Origin: a virus
Lineage: Duplodnaviria; Heunggongvirae; Uroviricota; Caudoviricetes
DNA length: 17,422 bases
Virus record (IMG/VR): IMGVR_UViG_2600255005_000002
Direction: 5' to 3' (one strand)
Positions 11,293 through 17,422 of this stretch are shown in pieces. Position numbers and translations under genes: made by a program. A model generated the notes under the pieces. That model saw nothing but the letters and a program-made list of their open reading frames with translations. It did not search any database and was not told the DNA's origin. Position 1 is the stretch's first letter. Every line of letters begins with the position of its first letter.

Positions 11293-11871
11293 ATGGCCAT
11301 AAAAGGTCTTGAGCAGGCCGTTGAAAACCTCAGCCGTATCAGCAAAACGGCGGTGCCTGGTGCCGCCGCAATGGCCATTAACCGCGTTGCTTCATCCGCG
11401 ATATCGCAGTCTGCGTCACAGGTTGCCCGTGAGACAAAGGTACGCCGGAAACTGGTAAAGGAAAGGGCCAGGCTGAAAAGAGCCACGGTCAAAAATCCGC
11501 AGGCCAGAATCAAAGTTAACCGGGGGGATTTGCCCGTAATCAGGCTGGGTAATGCGCGGGTTGTCCTGTCCCGCCGCAGGCGTCGTAAAAAGGGGCAGCG
11601 TTCATCCCTGAAAGGTGGCGGCAGCGTGCTTGTGGTGGGTAACCGTCGTATTCCCGGCGCGTTTATTCAGCAACTGAAAAATGGCCGGTGGCATGTTATG
11701 CAGCGTGTGGCCGGGAAAAACCGTTACCCCATTGATGTGGTGAAAATCCCGATGGCGGTGCCGCTGACCACGGCGTTTAAACAGAATATTGAACGGATAC
11801 GGCGTGAACGTCTTCCGAAAGAGCTGGGCTATGCGCTGCAGCATCAACTGAGAATGGTAATAAAGCGATGA
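11293..11871 (+). CDS. Z: Tail completion protein gpZ (192 aa)
   Basis: MAIKGLEQAVENLSRISKTAVPGAAAMAINRVASSAISQSASQVARETKVRRKL...; ATG preceded by AAGGGGGAT; overlaps U start (ATGA). Confidence 0.9.
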   Translation: MAIKGLEQAVENLSRISKTAVPGAAAMAINRVASSAISQSASQVARETKVRRKLVKERARLKRATVKNPQARIKVNRGDLPVIRLGNARVVLSRRRRRKKGQRSSLKGGGSVLVVGNRRIPGAFIQQLKNGRWHVMQRVAGKNRYPIDVVKIPMAVPLTTAFKQNIERIRRERLPKELGYALQHQLRMVIKR

Positions 11872-12263
11872 AACATACTGAACTCCGTGCAGCCGTACTG
11901 GATGCACTGGAGAAGCATGACACCGGGGCGACGCTTTTTGATGGTCGCCCCGCTGTTTTTGATGAGGAAGATTTTCCGGCAATTGCCGTTTATCTCACCG
12001 GCGCTGAATACACGGGCGAAGAGCTGGACAGCGATACCTGGCAGGCGGAGCTGCATATTGAAGTTTTCCTGCCTGCTCAGGTGCCGGATTCAGAGCTGGA
12101 TTCGTGGATGGAGTCCCGGATTTATCCGGTGATGAGCGATATCCCGGCACTGTCAGATTTGATCACCAGTATGGTGGCCAGTGGCTATGACTACCGGCGC
12201 GACGATGATGCGGGCCTGTGGAGTTCAGCCGATCTGACTTATGTCATTACCTATGAAATGTGA
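11868..12263 (+). CDS. U: Tail terminator protein gpU (131 aa)
   Basis: [56 protein letters not shown]... Confidence 0.9.
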   Translation: MKHTELRAAVLDALEKHDTGATLFDGRPAVFDEEDFPAIAVYLTGAEYTGEELDSDTWQAELHIEVFLPAQVPDSELDSWMESRIYPVMSDIPALSDLITSMVASGYDYRRDDDAGLWSSADLTYVITYEM

Positions 12264-12270
12264 GGACGAT

Positions 12271-13011
12271 ATGCCTGTACCAAATCCAGCAATACCGGTG
12301 AAAGGTGCCGGAACCACCCTGTGGGTTTATAACGGGAGCGGCGACCCTTATGCAAACCCGCTTTCAGACGTTGACTGGTCGCGTCTGGCTAAAGTTAAAG
12401 ACCTGACGCCCGGCGAACTGACCGCTGAGTCCTATGACGACAGCTATCTCGATGATGAAGATGCAGACTGGACTGCGACCGGACAGGGGCAGAAATCTGC
12501 CGGAGATACCAGCTTCACGCTGGCGTGGATGCCCGGAGAGCAGGGGCAGCAGGCGCTGCTGGCGTGGTTTAATGAAGGCGATACCCGTGCCTATAAAATC
12601 CGCTTCCCGAACGGCACGGTCGATGTGTTCCGTGGCTGGGTCAGCAGTATCGGTAAGGCGGTGACGGCGAAGGAAGTGATCACCCGCACGGTGAAAGTCA
12701 CCAATGTGGGACGTCCGTCGATGGCAGAAGATCGCAGCACGGTAACAGCGGCAACCGGCATGACCGTGACGCCTGCCAGCACCTCGGTGGTGAAAGGGCA
12801 GAGCACCACGCTGACCGTGGCATTCCAGCCGGAAGGCGCAACCGACAAGAGCTTCCGTGCGGTGTCTGCGGATAAAACAAAAGCCACCGTGTCGGTCAGT
12901 GGTATGACCATCACCGTGAAAGGTGTTGCTGCAGGCAAGGTCAACATTCTGGTCGTATCCGGTAATGGTGAACTTGCTGCGGTTGCAGAAATCAACGTCA
13001 CCGCCAGTTAA
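12271..13011 (+). CDS. V: Major tail tube protein gpV (246 aa) with C-terminal Ig-like domain
   Basis: ATG at 12271 ([30 protein letters not shown]...) preceded by GAGGACG. The track ORF begins 10 codons upstream at an ATG lacking a ribosome-binding site. C-terminal ~90 residues are Thr/Val-rich and Ig-like. Confidence 0.9.
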   Translation: MPVPNPAIPVKGAGTTLWVYNGSGDPYANPLSDVDWSRLAKVKDLTPGELTAESYDDSYLDDEDADWTATGQGQKSAGDTSFTLAWMPGEQGQQALLAWFNEGDTRAYKIRFPNGTVDVFRGWVSSIGKAVTAKEVITRTVKVTNVGRPSMAEDRSTVTAATGMTVTPASTSVVKGQSTTLTVAFQPEGATDKSFRAVSADKTKATVSVSGMTITVKGVAAGKVNILVVSGNGELAAVAEINVTAS

Positions 13012-13026
13012 TCCGGAGAGTCAGCG

Positions 13027-13449
13027 ATGTTCCTGAAAACCGAATCATTTGAACATAACGGTGTGACCGTCACGCTTTCTGAACTGTCAGCCCTGCAGCG
13101 TATTGAGCATCTCGCCCTGATGAAACGACAGGCAGAACAGGCGGAGTCAGACAGCAACCGGAAGTTTACTGTGGAAGACGCCATCAGAACCGGCGCTTTT
13201 GTGGTGGCGATGTCCCTGTGGCATAACCATCCGCAGAAGACAAAGCTGCCTTCCATGAATGAAGCCGTTAAACAGATTGAGCAGGAAGTGCTTACCACCT
13301 GGCCCACGGAGGCAATTTCTCATGCTGAAAACGTGGTGTACCGGCTGTCCGGTATGTATGAGTTTGTGGTGAATGATGCTCCTGAACAGGCAGATGACGC
13401 CGGGCCTGCAGAGCCTGTTTCTGCGGGAAAGTGTTCGACGGTGAGCTGA
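13027..13449 (+). CDS. G: Tail assembly chaperone gpG (140 aa)
   Basis: MFLKTESFEHNGVTVTLSELSALQRIEHLALMKRQAEQAESDSNRKF...PVSAGKCSTVS; ATG preceded by GGAGAG. Confidence 0.9.
   Translation: MFLKTESFEHNGVTVTLSELSALQRIEHLALMKRQAEQAESDSNRKFTVEDAIRTGAFVVAMSLWHNHPQKTKLPSMNEAVKQIEQEVLTTWPTEAISHAENVVYRLSGMYEFVVNDAPEQADDAGPAEPVSAGKCSTVS
13425..13431 (+). promoter_or_regulatory. Programmed -1 ribosomal frameshift slippery heptamer G GGA AAG producing the G-T fusion
   Basis: GGGAAAG at 13425-13431 near the 3' end of G, arranged X XXY YYZ in the G frame. The -1 frame continues directly into the T reading frame (FDGELSFALKLAREMG...). Confidence 0.7.
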
Positions 13450-13865
13450 GTTTTGCCCTGAAACTGGCGCGTGAGATGGGGCGACCCGACTGGCGTGCCA
13501 TGCTTGCCGGGATGTCATCCACGGAGTATGCCGACTGGCACCGCTTTTACAGTACCCATTATTTTCATGATGTTCTGCTGGATATGCACTTTTCCGGGCT
13601 GACATATACCGTGCTCAGCCTGTTTTTCAGCGATCCGGATATGCATCCGCTGGATTTCAGTCTGCTTAACCGGCGTGAGGCTGACGAAGAGCCTGAAGAT
13701 GATGTGCTGATGCAGAAAGCGGTAGGGCTTGCCGGAGGCGTTCGTTTTGGCCCGGACGGGAAAGAAGTTATCCCCGCTTCCCCGGATGTAGCGGACATGA
13801 CGGAGGATGACGTAATGCTGATGACAGTATCAGAAGGGATCGCAGGAGGAGTCCGGTATGGCTGA
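13431..13865 (+). CDS. T: gpT portion of the tail assembly chaperone, expressed as the G-T fusion by -1 frameshifting (fusion spans 13027-13865)
   Basis: Frame-0 ORF of 144 codons (..FDGELSFALKLAREMGRPDWRAMLAGMSSTEYADWHRFYSTHYFHDVLL...), with no independent ATG or ribosome-binding site; begins at the slippery site and ends at the TGA overlapping the H start. Confidence 0.8.
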   Translation: MFDGELSFALKLAREMGRPDWRAMLAGMSSTEYADWHRFYSTHYFHDVLLDMHFSGLTYTVLSLFFSDPDMHPLDFSLLNRREADEEPEDDVLMQKAVGLAGGVRFGPDGKEVIPASPDVADMTEDDVMLMTVSEGIAGGVRYG

Positions 13866-16419
13866 ACCGGTAGGCGATCTGGTCGTTGATTTAAGTCTGG
13901 ATGCGGCCAGATTTGACGAGCAGATGGCCAGAGTCAGGCGTCATTTTTCCGGTACGGAAAGTGATGCGAAAAAAACAGCGGCAGTCGTTGAACAGTCGAT
14001 GAACCGGCAGGCGCTGGCTGCACAGAAAGCGGGGATTTCCGTCGGGCAGTATAAAGCCGCCATGCGTATGCTGCCTGCACAGTTCACCGACGTGGCCACG
14101 CAGCTTGCAGGCGGGCAAAGTCCGTGGCTGATCCTGCTGCAACAGGGGGGTCAGGTGAAGGACTCCTTCGGCGGGATGATCCCCATGTTCCGGGGGCTTG
14201 CCGGTGCGATCACCCTGCCGATGGTCGGGGCCACCTCGCTGGCGGTGGCGACCGGTGCGCTGGCGTATGCCTGGTATCAGGGCAACTCAACCCTGTCCGA
14301 TTTCAACAAAACGCTGGTTCTTTCCGGCAATCAGTCGGGGCTGACGGCAGATCGTATGCTGGTCCTGTCCAGAGCCGGGCAGGCGGCAGGGCTGACGTTT
14401 AACCAGACCAGCGAGTCACTCAGCGCACTGGTTAAGGCGGGGGTAAGCGGTGAGGCTCAGATTGCGTCCATCAGCCAGAGTGTGGCGCGTTTCTCTTCTG
14501 CATCCGGCGTGGAGGTGGACAAGGTCGCTGAAGCCTTCGGGAAGCTGACCACTGACCCGACGTCGGGGCTGACGGCGATGGCGCGCCAGTTCCATAACGT
14601 GACGGCGGAGCAGATTGCGTATGTTGCTCAGTTGCAGCGTTCCGGCGATGAAGCCGGGGCATTGCAGGCGGCGAACGAGGCCGCAACGAAAGGGTTTGAT
14701 GACCAGACCCGACGCCTGAAAGAGAACATGGGCACGCTGGAAACCTGGGCAGACAGGACAGCACGGGCATTCAAATCCATGTGGGATGCGGTGCTGGATA
14801 TTGGTCGTCCTGATACCGCTCAGGAGATGCTGATTAAGGCAGAGGCTGCGTTTAAGAAAGCGGACGACATCTGGAATCTGCGCAAGGATGATTATTTTGT
14901 TAACGATGAAGCGCGGGCGCGTTACTGGGATGACCGTGAAAAGGCCCGTCTTGCGCTTAAAGCCGCCCGAAAGAAGGCTGAACAGCAGAGTCAACAGGAC
15001 AAAAATGCGCAGCAGCAGAGCGATACCGAAGCGTCACGGCTGAAATATACCGAAGAGGCGCAGAAGGCTTACGAACGGCTGCAGACACCGCTGGAGAAAT
15101 ATACCGCCCGTCAGGAAGAACTGAACAAGGCACTGAAAGACGGGAAAATCCTGCAGGCAGATTACAACACGCTGATGGCGGCGGCGAAAAAGGATTATGA
15201 AGCGACGCTGAAAAAGCCGAAACAGTCCGGCGTGAAGGTGTCTGCGGGCGATCGTCAGGAAGACAGTGCTCATGCTGCCCTGCTGACGCTTCAGGCAGAA
15301 CTCCGGACGCTGGAGAAGCATGCCGGAGCGAATGAGAAAATCAGCCAGCAGCGCCGGGATTTGTGGAAGGCGGAAAATCAGTTCGCGGTACTGGAGGAGG
15401 CGGCACAACGTCGCCAGCTATCCGCACAGGAGAAATCCCTGCTGGCGCATAAAGATGAGACGCTGGAGTACAAACGCCAGCTGGCTGTACTTGGCGATAA
15501 GGTCACGTATCAGGAGCACCTGAATGCGCTGGCGCAGCAGGCGGATAAGTTCGCACAGCAACAACGGGCAAAACGGGCAGCCATTGAGGCGAAAAACCGG
15601 GGGCTTACTGACCGGCAGGCAGCGCGGGAAGCCACAGAACAGCGCCTGAAGGAACAGTATGGCGATAATTCGCTGGCGCTGAATAACGTCATGTCAGAGC
15701 AGAAAAAGACCTGGGCGGCTGAAGACCAGCTTCGCGGGAGCTGGATGGCAGGCCTCAAGTCCGGCTGGAGTGAGTGGGAAGAGAGCGCCACGGACAGTAT
15801 GTCGCAGGTTAAAAGTGCAGCCACGCAGACCTTTGATGGTATTGCGCAGAATATGGCGGCGATGCTGACCGGCAGTGAACAGAACTGGCGCAGCTTCACC
15901 CGCTCCGTGCTGTCCATGATGACAGAAATTCTGCTTAAGCAGGCAATGGTGGGGATTGTCGGGAGTATCGGCAGCGCCATTGGCGGGGCTGTTGGTGGCG
16001 GCGCATCAGCGTCAGGCGGTACAGCCATTCAGGCAGCTGCGGCGAAATTCCATTTTGCGACCGGAGGATTTACGGGAACCGGCGGCAAATATGAGCCAGC
16101 GGGGATTGTTCACCGTGGTGAATTTGTCTTCACTAAGGAGGCAACCAGCCGGATTGGCGTGGGGAATCTCTACCGGCTGATGCGCGGCTATGCCACCGGC
16201 GGTTATGTCGGTACACCGGGCAGCATGGCGGACAGCCGCTCGCAGGCGTCCGGGAAGTTTGAGCAGAATAACCATGTGGTGATTAACAACGACGGCACGA
16301 ACGGTCAGATAGGGCCACAGGCGCTGAAGGCGGTTTATGACGTAGCCCGTAAGGCGGCAATGGATGTTGTGACCGGGCAGATGCGCGATGGTGGTCTGTT
16401 CTCCGGAGGTGGACGATGA
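13858..16419 (+). CDS. H: Tail tape measure protein gpH (853 aa)
   Basis: 853-aa ORF MAEPVGDLVVDLSLDAARFDEQMARVRRHFSGTESDAKKTAAVVEQS..., with a long central coiled-coil-like Ala/Gln/Lys/Glu-rich region and C-terminal Gly-rich segment; same length as lambda gpH. Confidence 0.95.
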   Translation: MAEPVGDLVVDLSLDAARFDEQMARVRRHFSGTESDAKKTAAVVEQSMNRQALAAQKAGISVGQYKAAMRMLPAQFTDVATQLAGGQSPWLILLQQGGQVKDSFGGMIPMFRGLAGAITLPMVGATSLAVATGALAYAWYQGNSTLSDFNKTLVLSGNQSGLTADRMLVLSRAGQAAGLTFNQTSESLSALVKAGVSGEAQIASISQSVARFSSASGVEVDKVAEAFGKLTTDPTSGLTAMARQFHNVTAEQIAYVAQLQRSGDEAGALQAANEAATKGFDDQTRRLKENMGTLETWADRTARAFKSMWDAVLDIGRPDTAQEMLIKAEAAFKKADDIWNLRKDDYFVNDEARARYWDDREKARLALKAARKKAEQQSQQDKNAQQQSDTEASRLKYTEEAQKAYERLQTPLEKYTARQEELNKALKDGKILQADYNTLMAAAKKDYEATLKKPKQSGVKVSAGDRQEDSAHAALLTLQAELRTLEKHAGANEKISQQRRDLWKAENQFAVLEEAAQRRQLSAQEKSLLAHKDETLEYKRQLAVLGDKVTYQEHLNALAQQADKFAQQQRAKRAAIEAKNRGLTDRQAAREATEQRLKEQYGDNSLALNNVMSEQKKTWAAEDQLRGSWMAGLKSGWSEWEESATDSMSQVKSAATQTFDGIAQNMAAMLTGSEQNWRSFTRSVLSMMTEILLKQAMVGIVGSIGSAIGGAVGGGASASGGTAIQAAAAKFHFATGGFTGTGGKYEPAGIVHRGEFVFTKEATSRIGVGNLYRLMRGYATGGYVGTPGSMADSRSQASGKFEQNNHVVINNDGTNGQIGPQALKAVYDVARKAAMDVVTGQMRDGGLFSGGGR

Positions 16420-16745
16420 AAACCTTCCGCTGGAAAGTGAAACCCGGTATGGATGTGGCTTCGGCCCCTTCCGTAAGAAAGGTGCGCTTTGGTGATGGCT
16501 ATTCTCAGCGAGCGCCTGCCGGGCTGAATGCCGACCTGAAAACGTACAGCGTGACGCTTTCTGTTCCCCGTTGGGAGGCCACGGCGCTTGAGTCGTTTCT
16601 GGCTGAGCACGGGGGCTGGAAATCCTTTCTGTGGACGCCGCCTTATGAGTGGCGGCAGATAAAGGTGACCTGCGCAAAATGGTCGTCGCGGGTCAGTATG
16701 CTGCGTGTTGAGTTCAGCGCAGAGTTTGAACAGGTGGTGAACTGA
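16416..16745 (+). CDS. M: Minor tail protein gpM (109 aa)
   Basis: MKTFRWKVKPGMDVASAPSVRKVRFGDGYSQRAPAGLNADLKTYSVTLSV...; ATGA overlap with the H stop. Confidence 0.9.
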   Translation: MKTFRWKVKPGMDVASAPSVRKVRFGDGYSQRAPAGLNADLKTYSVTLSVPRWEATALESFLAEHGGWKSFLWTPPYEWRQIKVTCAKWSSRVSMLRVEFSAEFEQVVN

Positions 16746-17422
16746 TGCAGGATATCCGGCAGGAAACACTGAATGAATGCACCCGTGCGGAGCAGTCGGC
16801 CAGCGTGGTGCTCTGGGAAATCGATCTGACAGAGGTCGGTGGAGAACGTTATTTTTTCTGTAATGAGCAGAACGAAAAAGGTGAGCCGGTCACCTGGCAG
16901 GGGCGACAGTATCAGCCGTATCCCATTCAGGGGAGCGGTTTTGAACTGAATGGCAAAGGCACCAGTACGCGCCCCACGCTGACGGTCTCTAACCTGCACG
17001 GCATGGTCACCGGTATGGCGGAAGACCTGCAGAGTCTGGTCGGCGGAACGGTGGTCCGGCGTAAGGTTTACGCCCGTTTTCTGGATGCGGTGAACTTCGT
17101 TAACGGAAACAGCGACGCCGATCCGGAGCAGGAGGTGATCAGCCGCTGGCGCATCGAACAGTGCAGCGAACTGAGCGCGGTGAGTGCCTCTTTTGTACTG
17201 TCCACGCCGACTGAAACGGATGGTGCTGTTTTTCCGGGGCGCATCATGCTGGCTAATACCTGCACCTGGACCTATCGCGGTGATGAGTGCGGTTATCACG
17301 GTCCGGCTGCAAATTGTATTCTGCCGGAGCAGAAAGCAATTAACGTTTGGAGAACTGCGGACGACGACGTGCTTTACGCAGACCGACTTTCTTACGTTCA
17401 ACCTGACGAGCGTCACGAGTAA
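16745..17422 (+). CDS. L: Minor tail protein gpL, 3'-truncated: L-derived sequence ends at about 17297-17310, after which the open frame reads through antisense rpsI sequence to the window end
   Basis: MQDIRQETLNECTRAEQSASVVLWEIDLTEVGGERYFFCNEQNEKGEPVTWQGRQYQPYPIQGSGFELNGKG...CTWTYRGDECGY matches lambda gpL (232 aa in lambda). The following residues (HGPAANCILPEQKAINVWRTADDDV...) are not L; no stop codon within the window. Confidence 0.75.
   Translation: MQDIRQETLNECTRAEQSASVVLWEIDLTEVGGERYFFCNEQNEKGEPVTWQGRQYQPYPIQGSGFELNGKGTSTRPTLTVSNLHGMVTGMAEDLQSLVGGTVVRRKVYARFLDAVNFVNGNSDADPEQEVISRWRIEQCSELSAVSASFVLSTPTETDGAVFPGRIMLANTCTWTYRGDECGYHGPAANCILPEQKAINVWRTADDDVLYADRLSYVQPDERHE
17340..17422 (-). 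CDS. rpsI: 30S ribosomal protein S9, 3' end only (last 26 codons plus stop); gene continues beyond the window
   Basis: Minus-strand translation of 17343-17420 is TRDARQVERKKVGLRKARRRPQFSKR followed by TAA (17340-17342), identical to the C-terminus of E. coli S9 as remembered. Confidence 0.8.
   Translation of the reverse strand, partial: TRDARQVERKKVGLRKARRRPQFSKR

Noticed and set aside
13891-17416. Multiple long minus-strand ORFs within H, M and L (for example 14416..14994, 15510..16028, 16012..16677, 16643..17416)
   Set aside because: Antisense to contiguous, lambda-collinear tail genes; Ala/Arg/Pro-rich translations typical of GC-rich antisense frames. Only the last 26 codons before 17422, in a different frame from 16643..17416, match rpsI.

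Overview
This window is a composite of three blocks with abrupt junctions, and the one candidate for something new is a small T5orf172/GIY-YIG-like gene at 1513-1911. (1) 1-1506, minus strand: a 5'-truncated fragment of the host succinate dehydrogenase flavoprotein gene sdhA. (2) About 1507-2290: roughly 0.8 kb of non-lambda cargo carrying that gene and an ORF-poor spacer. (3) About 2290-17310: DNA collinear with phage lambda, running from the right-arm end (two small minus-strand accessory ORFs) through an intact cos site into the left-arm morphogenesis genes Nu1, A, W, B, C/Nu3, D, E, FI, FII, Z, U, V, G/T, H, M and L. At about 17297-17312 the lambda-like sequence switches into the 3' flank and last 26 codons of host ribosomal protein S9 (rpsI, minus strand). 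Within the lambda-like block, Nu1, B and C carry frame-disrupting lesions and L is truncated, so this looks like a defective prophage remnant or a chimeric/engineered contig. No integrase, att site, tRNA, IS element or CRISPR array was seen. All lambda comparisons are from memory of the reference sequence and known protein sequences, not from a computed alignment.
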